A DNA stretch of 60,113 nt from Narcine bancroftii (Eukaryota): contig NC_091478.1 in the NCBI RefSeq assembly GCF_036971445.1, positions 30,755,888 through 30,816,000 of the forward strand, read 5' to 3'. The notes beneath the pieces are model-generated. The model saw only the letters and a program-made list of their open reading frames with translations. It was not told the origin of the DNA and made no database searches. Every line of letters begins with the position of its first letter. Position 1 is the first letter of the stretch. Positions 12,891 through 23,808 of the stretch are shown here, piece after piece. The position numbers and the translations under genes are program-made.

Positions 12891-14454
12891 AGCAAAGGTT
12901 CTGTGAATATCCTGGTGTATCTAGATCTTCTCACCTCTCAGAAAGATTAAGTAATTGAATTCATTGTTGCCGCTTCATAGTTGCTTTCATTAAAGCATTA
13001 ATCTAGGCAAAATTATCAGTGGATCCTGCTAATGTTTCAGCTGTTTCAGTTTACATGTCGTGCTTTGGCTACGTGCTCACTTAGAGGAGAGAAATCAAAT
13101 CAGCTTATTTCCTCCTCATCGTATTTCCCTGTAGTCCTGCAATGTATTTTATCTCACATCCCCATCAACTCTTCTAGGATACTGGTCTACACTAAAAGGT
13201 AATCTACTGTGGTAAATTCACCTGCCCGGTGGGAGGAAACCAGAGCATCTAAAGAAAGCTAAACACAGTCACAGGGAGAATATACAAATGCAAAATAGTC
13301 AAGATCAAATCTAGGTTGCGAGAGCTCTGAAGCAAGAATAGAAACTGCTACATAACCACTTTAACTCCTTTCATTGTATAATGTAAATTAAGGTGAAATG
13401 GTGCGTGATTGATAGTGAAGTATTCAATATATTGCATTAATACAATGTGGGTCAGTTAATATGACATCACTGCTGGATGCAAATGATAATGTTGACATAA
13501 AGCTGCTAAATAATGTATAACATTATAAACTAGAAATATGATCCAATATTCAAGTGTTGCATTATTTACATTGTTTCACTCTGCTTCGATCCATAACCCT
13601 GACAAACTTGGTGCACTAAATATATGAAGTCCCCTGCCTCCAAAAATCAAAACTTGCTCAAAATTAAAGGGAATTATTTAATGCATGAAATTTTGTGAAC
13701 TTGAATATTGATGTATTTTAACCAGTACGAAGTTTGTGCTGTGGAAGTCTGAATATATTTTCCATTTACACAGTGTAAAGTATGAAATATTTATCTTGCA
13801 AATTGTACAAGGACAATTAAATTCTAAACCATGGATGGAAATAATCTAGTTGCGTATTTATATGACTAGTAAATAATATTTACCTCACCTAAGTAGCATA
13901 GCTATGTAATTATAAGCCTGCATCCAGTGCACACACATCACAGCATTCTTGAAAGAATATTCCATCCAAAGGAAGTGCACAATTCCTGGATTTGACCTTA
14001 AATCATTACCAGGACTCTGGGAACTTCAAAGCAAGTTCCAAGTGGAATAGCTCACCACCTTGAACATCCTGCGACATGATGCACACCTAATCTATGCGGA
14101 GATCAGCTTGTGCCAGTAACCTGAACGTTCTCAAAAATCACTGAGGTTCCTAATTATGCATGAGGGTGAAATTCAGGAATAAAATTCTAGTATGCCAATC
14201 AATTATGCATTCCAAAAATATTAACAAATCAAAATAAATAAAACATTTTATTTAAAAAGTCAGAAAGTCAATGCAAATTTAGTTGCTATCAACAAATGAA
14301 TAAGTGCACAAGCCACATTCCCTTCCAAATTGCATTGGGCTTTCATGTACTTTCTTCACTCAAATGACTCTTTACAACTGGAAATGGCATTCATAACAAA
14401 GCATATATTGAAGTAATTTGTTGGAGCTTGTTAGAATTTTTCCCTTTTACTGAC

Positions 14455-14587
14455 CTTCTAAATCCTCCTGTTAAAGTCACCTTGGCATGAGGGGTGTATT
14501 CATGGACAATATCTTGAATCATTTGACCCACAGCTTCAGCCTCTGCTCTGCTTACAGACTGTATAATATCTTCATAGTACAAGAACC
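14455..14587 (-). CDS. DNTT: TdT coding exon, equivalent to human exon 7 (start of palm, GGFRRG motif)
   Basis: cctacatag|GG TTC...AGA AG|gtcagt. 133 nt, phase 1-2, (G)FLYYEDIIQSVSRAEAEAVGQMIQDIVHEYTPHAKVTLTGGFR(R). GFLYYED is TdT-type; the phase joins the previous exon to give Gly. Confidence 0.94.
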
Positions 14588-14747
14588 CTATGTAGGAGAT
14601 AACTTTGCTCAGCACTTTAATATATAGTTATATTATAGAAGTTAAACCACAGTGTAAACACCAATCTTATTGTTCCATCCCAGATTCCACAAATAGTCTC
14701 ACACAAAGGGCACAAATAATAAAGTTTGCAGGTTAACCTTGAGAGTA

Positions 14748-15343
14748 CAGGTACACAATCCTTTATCCGGAATCTTTGGGGGACAGAGTATTCTGAATTT
14801 CAGATTTTTCCAGATTTCGGAAACCCCATCAAAATTGTGCTGCCGGCCCCCCGGCCGCCGGCCCCCCGGCCGCCGGCCCCCCGGCCGCCGGCCCCCCGGC
14901 CGCCGGCCCCCCGGCCGCCGGCCCCCCGGCCGCCGGCCCCCCGGCCGCCGGCCCCCCGGCCGCCGGCCCCCCGGCCGCCGGCCCCCCGGCCGCCGGCCCC
15001 CCGGCCGCCGGCCCCCCAACCGCCGGTCCCCCGGCCGCCTCCCCCAACCGCCGGTCCCCCGGCCGCCTCCCCCAACCGCCGGTCCCCCGGCCGCCTCCCC
15101 CAACCGCCGGTCCCCCGGCCGCCTCCCCCAACCGCCGGTCCCCCGGCCGCCTCCCCCAACCGCCGGTCCCTCGGCCGCCTCCCCCAACCGCCGGTCCCTC
15201 GGCCGCCTCCCCCAACCGCCGGTCCCTCGGCCGCCTCCCCCAACCGCCGGTCCCTCGGCCGCCTCCCCCAACCGCCGGTCCCCACTTGCTGGATTTTGGA
15301 GCTTTCCGGATTTTAGATGTCCGGATAAAAGATAGTGTACCTG
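14748..15343. mobile_element. Tc1/mariner-superfamily (Tigger/pogo-like) MITE
   Basis: TIRs CAGGTACACAATCCTTTATCCGGA...TCCGGATAAAAGATAGTGTACCTG, flanked by TA on both sides (14746-14747, 15344-15345). Confidence 0.9.
14842..15283. repeat. Compound GC-rich minisatellite: 15-bp GCCGGCCCCCCGGCC about 11-12 copies, then 28-bp CCGCCTCCCCCAACCGCCGGTCCCYCGG about 10 copies
   Basis: Direct reading; AAC recurs every 28 bp from 15018 to 15270. Confidence 0.95.
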
Positions 15344-15559
15344 TATTGACTTACAATTTAGACAGAGAACCAAGAATTCCTGGTTACTCCCACATATTCA
15401 TAGCTAAATTCATCATAGTATATTAATCCATGAGGCACCTGGTCTAATGGCACTACTAGATTTAATGTGGCATGAAATGTAATCAGGTCTGCCTGACTAT
15501 GGTAGTATTGTTTCATGTGACAGGTAATAGAATCAAGGCCGAAAGACAAACATTATTAT

Positions 15560-16150
15560 GTACAGCCCAGTGACTTGACATCTCAGCCACCAGGTTTTTC
15601 AGAAGGTATTCAATAAAGTGCCATAATAAAAACACTTCTGCATAAGATAATGCTTTATAAAATTGGGGGTAATTTCCAAGCATGGATCAAGGAATTGTTA
15701 ACCAATAAGCAGAGCATCACAGGAATTGGTGTTGGGCCCAAAACTGTTCATAATATGCAATGATGATTTGAAGGAGGGAACCAGTATACAATTCCTAAGG
15801 ACACTAAAATGAGTGGAAAAAAATTGCAGCAGGCTATTGTGCAGGGACAGCTGGGAGGGCTTGTGTATAAATAACTAAAGTTCAGTTTGCAGATGCAGCA
15901 GGTAATTAAGAAAACCTGATATTGAACTTCATTGGTAGAGAATTGAATTTAAGAGCAGGGAGATGCTGCAGCAACTATACAGGGTAAACCTATAATTCTG
16001 TATGCAGTCCTGGTCTCCTTTCTTGAGACAGGAAGCATTGCTAAAGAGCTCCCCGAGGTTGATTCTGGAAATGAGAAATTAAGTAGCCTGGGACAATACT
16101 CATTTAAGTTTAGGAATGTGAGGGGCATCTTCTGGAAAGTTATAAAATTA
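15560..16150 (+). mobile_element. Decayed CR1-like LINE RT fragment
   Basis: Degenerate DF.K.F.KVP, GP.LFII..DDL and FIGRGIEFKSRE.LQ.LYR stretches typical of CR1 ORF2. Confidence 0.6.
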
Positions 16151-16631
16151 TGTTAAGTATTTATTATGATAAATTATGGTACTTGCCTCTACCACTGCTT
16201 CTGACAGCTCATTCCATTACCCACCACATTCTGATTTTCACACAAAGATGGCCCTCTAGTCTAGAATATGCTTCTGATGAAAGCACTCTTTCAAAAATTG
16301 TGAAATTTAGATTTCTGTACATGCTCTGGATTTCAAAACTCTATGGTATGGCCAAAGAGACGTAATCTCTTCAAATCCCTTTTATTAATAACACTTTTGT
16401 ATAGAATAAACATTTCAAGTGAATGAAAAACATTAGTGAGATGAATTTAATAATTCATACAACTGACTTGGATCTTGTAAAGGTGATATTTTCAAAGATG
16501 CTGGTTTTCAAAATTTTTTTCTCTTTTAGCATTGATATTACACCTTGTTATAAAGATACCCCTTTAGAATATACAAAGTAATATTTAACACTGTATACAA
16601 TATATGAACTATACACTATAACAAATATTAC

Positions 16632-16755
16632 CTGCCCTCTGCATTTTGGTAAATGTTATATCCTCAGTTGTTTTTACTTCCTCTATTGTCCGAAATCCTA
16701 GTCCATACCACTTGTCAGCCGTCTTCACTCCAACACCAAAGACACTGGTGAACAG
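16632..16755 (-). CDS. DNTT: TdT coding exon, equivalent to human exon 6 (fingers, HhH motif)
   Basis: tttttactgcag|CTG...GCA G|gtaat. 124 nt, phase 0-1, LFTSVFGVGVKTADKWYGLGFRTIEEVKTTEDITFTKMQRA(G). Confidence 0.94.
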
Positions 16756-16992
16756 CTGCAGTAAAAACAATTTACACTGAATGGAGATCGTTGCTCTGTT
16801 AGTGTTAACACCTGCATCACATATTATTGTCATTATGTTGACCTTTTTTATCAATTAATGCATTTAAAAAAAATCACAAAGAACCTGTTATTAGAAGAAA
16901 TGCACAAACTTTCTCAGGCAAGCTCGTGCTAACTGAGAAAAAAGATTATTATCACACAAAATGTCACACAAAATTAAATGTCAAAAGGTTTC

Positions 16993-17170
16993 TAGGGGGT
17001 GGGCAACCTTTTAATTTTTAATTTAGACATACAGCACCGTTCCAAGCCATTTCAGTCCATGAGTCCATGCTGCCCAATTAACCCATGCCCCCGGTATGTC
17101 ATTGTGGGCCAGAATGGCCGGTTATCATGCTGTATGTTTAAATTTAAAATTAAAAGGTTAGCCACCTCTA
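16993..17170. mobile_element. Palindromic MITE-like element with hAT-like ends and SINE-tail-derived arms
   Basis: AACCTTTTAATTTTTAATTTAGACATACAGCA...TGCTGTATGTTTAAATTTAAAATTAAAAGGTT (32-bp arms, 2 mismatches), bounded by TAGGGGGTGGGC/GCCACCTCTA. Confidence 0.6.
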
Positions 17171-18250
17171 TCAGCTTCAATGAATATAAAAAACATTAAT
17201 TGCTAAAATAAATACAGCTTAGGTATCAATTTTTCAATTTGTACTGTGAGATCAAGATTTATCACGAACAGGGAATTGATAACCCCCTTGAGAGGGGAGC
17301 TAACATCAATACTTTTTTCCGAATCTTGTCCCACTTCTAATGTTAATGGAGACGAAGCAGGGGATAGGTCAGTCATTTAAATGATATTGTAAGGTCAAGA
17401 AATTAACATTTAACCCATTTTACAGATTTTATCTGATTAACTGGCAGGGAAATGTGATAAATTCAATGCACCAGCAACATAGATATCCAGCTAACATAGC
17501 TATATTTAACCTGTCAAAAGACTGACCCAATCCCCTCACACTGGCATCGCCCATCCTGCCAATAACCATCTTATCCAAGATTGAAGCAAGGATGTCTTAT
17601 TTGGATCAGGGGATGGAAAACCTACACCCACCCCCACCCCCCCTCCCAAGTACTGGGGAACATATGCATCCTTCCCTCCCTCCCAATGTCTAATCCATTT
17701 CTCACAATTCCATGAATGTAGAAACCACCTTCCTCTGCAATTCTACTCACCCATTTAAACCTGTTAATCAGCCCAGCTCTGAGAAGCAAACTTACCAAAC
17801 ACAAATGGAGGTAAAACTTCACAGCTTGTGAAGAACTCAAAACCCCAACTTGCTGACACAAGTCCCTCATCTATAAACTCATATTGCAGCCAAAAAAGCT
17901 CCTTACAGTCACATAAGGATGCATATCAGAGCATTGAAATGGAAAATATTGGAGATATTTTTCTTCTGAGAGACAAGAGGCCAGAGACAGGTTATAACAG
18001 CCAGACCCTGCCCCCACCCCTCATAGCATTCAACACTTGTAACACATTGCACTTTCAATCCATGACATGCCCCATTCATTATGCACATTCCCCCATTTTA
18101 CAGCCACATCCAGGTAAGCTTCCCCTGTTGCACACATTACCTGATCCTTTCTATTTATAATAGGCTATTGACCTGCAACTTGTTAAAGTTTCCCTCAGCC
18201 ATCTCCACAACACTGTAAACAAGTTCATCCATGTGCCATCACCCACTTAC

Positions 18251-18322
18251 TTTTCTTGCTTTGTACTTCTCATCACACAACAAACTCTCGACCTGAGAGC
18301 AAACCCCATCTTCCAGAATATC
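18251..18322 (-). CDS. DNTT: TdT coding exon, equivalent to human exon 5
   Basis: ttcttttccacag|GAT...AAA|gtaagt. 72 nt, phase 0-0, DILEDGVCSQVESLLCDEKYKARK (compare TdT [24 protein letters not shown]). Too short for the ORF track. Confidence 0.92.
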
Positions 18323-18921
18323 CTGTGGAAAAGAATGAAATCAATTTTAATCATCATCTGACATCATCTTGGGCTGTTATTTCCAATCCTTTTTTTTTAA
18401 ACTATGTTTTCTGTTAATACTGTGTTTGAAAAATTGCCCTGGATTGTTACCGTGGAGCAAAGACCAATGAACAAAGGGGAAGAAGGTAGCTAAAGCAAAT
18501 GGGGCAGAAGAAGATGGCACAAGACTGGAGCAGAAGAAGAAGGCACGAGACTGGGGTAGGTGTTTTTACTCTCCACTTCCTCATCAATGGCATGGCCATA
18601 TGTAATAAGTGATAATTACCCTACTACTGCTTTCAGTCTCATTATCATCAACCTCCCCCTCCTTATTCTTAAGGAAAGGAAGGTGCTTAACTTGGACTCA
18701 AAAGCAACAGTCCACATGGTCAGTTGCACAAAACTAGGCCCTGCTGAGATGCCATCAATCTCATTTTCTTGCCTTGCAGAAGAAAACCATCTCCTCCAGC
18801 CCAAAATCATTCTTCAGAAAATAGGTTCGTGTTCGATAATGATCATTTTATGTCAAATTATCCTACATGAAAAAGAGGAATGTGTGCTCATTGAAGTATA
18901 TTTAAATAAATGGTTTATTGT

Positions 18922-19160
18922 GAGGCTGTTAGGACAGCACTCTTACTGTGCCAGAGATCGGGATTGTGGTTCAATCCTACGCTATCTGTAAGGAGTTTAT
19001 ATATCCTCCCCTCGTCTGCGTGGGTTTTCGTCAGGGGCTCCCATTTCCTCCCACCCTCCAAAAAAAAATGTACTGGGGGTGTAGGTCAATTGGGTCACAC
19101 TGGCTCATGAGCCAAAAGGGTCTGTCACCATGCTGGATGTTAAAATTTAAATAAATTTAA
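18922..19160 (+). mobile_element. tRNA-derived SINE
   Basis: B-box-like GGTTCAATCC and the conserved core (tctgtaaggagtttatatatcctcccc..gtgggtttt), shared with copies at 28630, 29830, 50205 and 59545. Confidence 0.7.
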
Positions 19161-19773
19161 ACTAAAGTGTCATAGATTCATTTAGCATAGAAACACGTCT
19201 TCGGCTTATCATTCCAGGCAGAATACAAAGTACCCATCTATGGTAATCCCATTTATCAGCATTGAGTCTGTAGACTTAAATATCTTGGTAATTCAAGTGC
19301 TCATTGAGCTACTTCGTAAATGTTATGAGAGCCTCTGCTTTCCACCACTGTCTTAGACAGTGGGTCTCCAGTCTGAAGTATGGAGATTTGGTGTAATTGA
19401 CGTTAGAAGAACTATGTGCACTCATAGGGCAGGACTTTGACATGTGTTTTTTTTTGGAGAGCACAGTGCAGTGGGTTGGTATTATGAAGTTAAATAATAT
19501 GCTGGTGTTTGCGAGAAAGGAAAGTGAATCAAGGCCAACATTTTAATGTCAGCCCAGCTGAGATTAAGCTCTGAAGAAATATTGTTATCAGTATTATTGC
19601 TTAGTATTTTATTCTGATTTGTAAGAAGAACTACATTGTAACAAATGAAGACAAATTAAGATGCAATATTTTCCACATTATTTAGTTGACTTTAAGAAAT
19701 GTGTAATGTTCATTGTCTGTTACAGCAGGGATCGACATCATTGTCCAGAAATAAATTTTACAAAGTTTTGTAC

Positions 19774-19944
19774 CTCAATTATAACTCTTATTTGTTTTCC
19801 AATACAGGGCAGTCCTTCCAGGTCATTCATCCCACTTATTGGATAAGGAAGTGACTTTAGCAGTGATGCTGCTCTTGCATATGTCACATAGGAGCCAGAA
19901 TTTTCATTGAACTCACAATTTTCCGCTAAAATATCTAACACATC
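19774..19944 (-). CDS. DNTT: TdT coding exon, equivalent to human exon 4
   Basis: ttctgcag|GAT...GAG|gtacaa. 171 nt, phase 0-0, DVLDILAENCEFNENSGSYVTYARAASLLKSLPYPISGMNDLEGLPCIGKQIRVIIE (in ORF 19738..19995). DILAENCEF is TdT-type. Confidence 0.93.
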
Positions 19945-20641
19945 CTGCAGAACAAATAATAACATTAGAAGACTAGCAATGCCAGATTGTAACATATTAA
20001 ACTTCAGATGTTATACTTACTAGGACAAATGTCATTATTTTGAAGTCAGGTGGTTTAATCTACTCACAGTCAAAGAAATACAAAATATCTTAGGACAGGA
20101 TTAAGTTCTGGTCCATATCAATTTGGAACATGATGAATTTTGTCATTATATTTTGTCATCATATTTCTTAGTTATAAATCTAAGGGGATAATAGGTTGTT
20201 TGGATGTAACTGAGCAGCAAGGGCCAGAATTGGTTTCTATTGTGTAATAAATAAATAAATTATATAACAATTTAAAATCATTTTAAAATAATTTGCAGTT
20301 TATACAGCCAATTCATAAAGTTTTCTAATGGGAAATATCCATCATATTCGATATACTTTTAAATACAGCATTAGAATTTGCATATATTATGCTTATAAAT
20401 TAGTAAAATGCCTTGAGGCATTTCTCTGGACCATTATCTAATCAAACTTTACACCAATTTAAATGAGAAAAAAATTGGACAGGTAGTAATGGAAGTTGGC
20501 TTTAAATTTAAAAGAAAAAACAAAGGGGAACGGTGAGAATTAATCCCAGCTCAAAGTTACATGAGTTAATCTGGAGAGTAACTGGGCTTCAATGTCTTCA
20601 GCTGTTTTGTCCTTTCCATATCAAAGGGTTGAAAAGTGGGC

Positions 20642-21200
20642 TTTTTTTTTTAAAGTTTTTTATTTTTCAACACTCTGAACCATATTAACCAAAATGCACA
20701 CAAACATTTCCCTCTTGAATATACACAGTGTCATTTTCTCCCCTTTTTCCCCCTCCCGTCCCTCCCTCCTTCCCACCCACTAAACATTCAACATATAGAA
20801 TACAATAAACCCACAACCATTCCAACATCTAAAATTCCCTTAACCCCAAGTGTCCCCCCCCCCCCCCCGAGTCGCCCCTTGTCCCTTGCCGGGCAATCAC
20901 AACTCCCCTCTCCATTCGGACTGAGAACCTGTTCGCAAGTGTCAACTGATTTCGCAGTGACTGTTGTTCATTCCCACCCAACCCCCTTCAGAAAACTTTT
21001 ATCTTCACATTACAATAAAACTCCCCCTCTTCTTCTCTTTCTTCCTATTTATTTATTTATTTATTATTATTATTATTATTAATTTATTTTTTTATTTAAC
21101 CCCTCCTCTTTTTTCTCCCCCTTCTCCCTTACTTCCCTTTTCTTCCCTCCTTTAGTTCTTACTTATACATTATTTTTACTTCTTTATATGTAGTTTGTCG
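20642..21200 (-). mobile_element. L1-like 3' UTR fragment joined to further L1-like non-coding sequence
   Basis: Poly-T start; 20660-20810 is similar to the L1 3' UTR at 31105-31270. Confidence 0.55.
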
Positions 21201-21299
21201 TCATCCTTGATGATGATTGCACAGAGGGAAGCTTCATTCCTATCTTCGGAAATACAGAAGGAGCCCATGCCTGTGTTGAGCAATGACTAAACATCACAA

Positions 21300-22280
21300 A
21301 AATAAGGACTGATAACTGGCAAGTAACATTAGCAAATGGGTATTGAAATCAGTTATGGGTGTGGTTAGATCAGTGCAATCTGAATCTCTGCACCTGTGAA
21401 GGACTGGGATAAATGTCCTTGGGGGATTGTTCTTCAGTGCTGTTAGGGAGGGTTTAAATTAATGTGGCATGAGGATGGGAATCCAGGCCAAAAGACAGAG
21501 GGTACCAATGCAAATGTTAAAAGAGAGAAAAGTAAGCATGGAGTACAGAAAGGTCAAGCACATAAGACACTAAGATTATGAGAATCTGAGGGACAAAGAA
21601 TATAAGGGCATTTCATCTCGACACTCGGTCAGTAAAATTGTGGCACAAACCACCACAAAGTGATATGATTAAGTGATGTTATAGAAATTTAGTTGTAGGG
21701 TGGAGATTATTGGGATTTAAATTTCTAAGGGTATCAGGTTATTCGGAAGTTTATGGAGGAAGATAAGGTATGTGAAGGATGAGATCCATATGATAGTGAA
21801 AAATTATATAAGTTCGAAGTAGGAGTGTTGAATTCATTTGGGTAGAGATTAGGAGTAATAAAGGAAAAAAATCACTGGTGAAAATTGTTCTCTAGACCTT
21901 CAAATAAAAACATTACATTGGCATGTGCAATAAACCAAGAAATATTTGATATGTAAGAATAGAATGGCAGTGGTCATGAGGGACTTTAACTTGCACATAG
22001 ATTGGGTGAAATGAGTTGTTTAAGTCAGTTGGAGGTGCACTTCATAGAATGATTCCGTGAAAACTATCTTGAACACCATGTTACCTAATCCAGAAAGGAA
22101 CATATTGTCTTAGACTTGGTCCTAAGGTGCAATTAATTATCTTGTAATTAGGCATTCTCTCAGAAAGAGCGATCACAGTGTGAATGGAAGATGCAAACCA
22201 GTGAACAAAGGAAACAACAACAAGATGAGGGAGGAGTTGGCTAGTTTAGACTGGGCACACAGGCTGATTGGAGGAAGAAG
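21300..22280 (+). mobile_element. Old CR1-like LINE, end of ORF1 and endonuclease region (continues after the younger insertions at about 23745-23808 and 27220-28260)
   Basis: Degenerate VVMRDFNLHIDW, LDLVL and SDH.V endonuclease motifs. The RT part resumes at 27220 (SNFADDTKLSG at about 27415-27450). Confidence 0.6.
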
Positions 22281-22284
22281 TTGA

Positions 22285-23745
22285 GTATCACTATAAAAAT
22301 GAGGGACTGTGTAGCGGAGCAGTCATTGGGTATTGTTGGAGTGGGGTGAGTCAGAGTGGTAAGGCTTTGATTCAACAGGCTTTGGCGAGGGATAGTACAA
22401 GTTGGAGTAAGAAAGGGCCACCCTATTCAAGGAACAAAAAGGTTTCAGCAGGTAGACACAGATAAGGGCAGATTTTAGTTACCATACTTTTTTCCTCTGG
22501 TCATAAACAGTAGGAATGGCAGTCAAGGTAGGGGAATGCTCCTCTTGCAGAATATGAGTTGTTAGGGAAGCCAGCAGTATCCCTGATGACTTCATCTGTG
22601 AGAAGTGCATCCAACTGCAGCTCCTGACAAGCTGAGTTAAGGAATTGGAGTTGGAGTTGGATGAACTGCGCATCATTTGGGAGGCAGAGAGGGTGATAGA
22701 CAAGAGTTACAGGGAGACTATCACACCTAGGAGGCAGGTGTAGGATAGATGGGTGACAATCAGGAGAGGGAAAAGAAACAGACAGACAGTTCAATAGAGA
22801 ATAGACAATAGGAGCTGGAGTAGGCCCTTTGGCCCGTCGAGCCAGCACCGCTATTTTACAGATCATGGCTGATCACTACCATCAGTACCCCTTTCCAGCC
22901 TTATCCCCATAACCCTTAACTCCTTTGCCCACTAGAGTCTTATCTAACTCTCTTTTGAACATAAAAAGAGAGTTAGATAAGACTCTAGTGGGCAAAGGAG
23001 TTAAGGGGAAAGGGGTACTGATAGTAGTTCAGGGCACCCCTGTGCCCGTAACCCTCAATAAGAAGTATACCATTATGGATAATGTTGGGAGGGGGGGAAC
23101 CTACCAGGGGTAAGCCACAGTGATCAGGTCTCTGGCATGGAATCTGGTCCTGTAGCTAAGAAGGGAAGGGAGGGGAAGAGGCGAGCAGTAGTGATAGGAG
23201 TTTCCATATTTAAAGGGACAGATAAGAGGTTCTGTGGAAGAGATTGAGTATCCCAGCTGGTATGTTGCTGAGAAGATTTACTAGCATGTTGCCTGGACAT
23301 CAAGAACTGAGTTACAGGGAAAAGTTAAAAAAATTAGGACTTTATTCCCTGGAGCATAGAAGAATGAGAGCAGATTTGATAGAGGTATTTAAAATTAAGA
23401 GAGGGATAGACAGAGTAAATAGATAGGATTTTTCCACTGAAATTAGGTAAGATACAAACCAGAGGACGTGGGTTAAGAGTGAAAAGGGAAAACTTTAAGG
23501 GAAACATTAGGAGGAACTTCTTCACACAGAGACTGGTAGGAGTGTGGAACATTCTACCAGCTGAAGTGGTGAATGCGGGCTCAATTTAAAAATTTAAGAA
23601 GAATTTGGACAGGTACATCGATGGGAGAGGAATGGAGGGCTATGGGCTGGGTGCAGGTCAGTGATACTAGGCAAAAAAAAAAGTTCAGCACAGGCTAGAA
23701 GGGCCAAAGGGGCCTTTTTATGTGCTGCAGTGTTCTACGGTTCAA
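22285..23745 (+). mobile_element. Internally deleted CR1 element (ORF1 zinc-finger/leucine-zipper and esterase start fused to ORF2 3' end and 3' UTR)
   Basis: MAVKVGECSSC...FICEKCIQLQLL..VKELELELDELRII (about 22516-22740) and RRAVVIG.SILKGTD (GDSL-like), then an abrupt join to RRFTSMLPG..LSYREKLKKLGLYSLEHRRMRADLIEVFKI and a CR1 3' UTR. Confidence 0.8.
22913..23007. repeat. Perfect 44-bp inverted repeat with 7-nt loop, inside a small CR1 3'-end insertion (22794-23025, TSD AGTTCA)
   Basis: 22913-22956 is the exact reverse complement of 22964-23007. AGTTCA occurs at 22788-22793 and 23026-23031. Confidence 0.92.
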
Positions 23746-23808
23746 TGGTAGAACAGTTGAGGAATAGCAGAAGACCTTCAAAGAAATTTTTCAGTGTTTG
23801 ACAAGAGT

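Noticed and set aside
13441-13460. Minus-strand LTHIV resembling the BRCT VTHIV of TdT exon 2
   Set aside because: Wrong position (downstream of exon 7) and no extended similarity or splice sites.
1-14454. Search for TdT exon 8 (GHDVDFLIT)
   Set aside because: No matching exon was found by eye; it probably lies before position 1, although a miss or loss in the N gap cannot be excluded.
14699-15373. Five overlapping collagen/extensin-like ORFs
   Set aside because: Artefact of the 15-bp and 28-bp GC repeats within a TA-flanked MITE.
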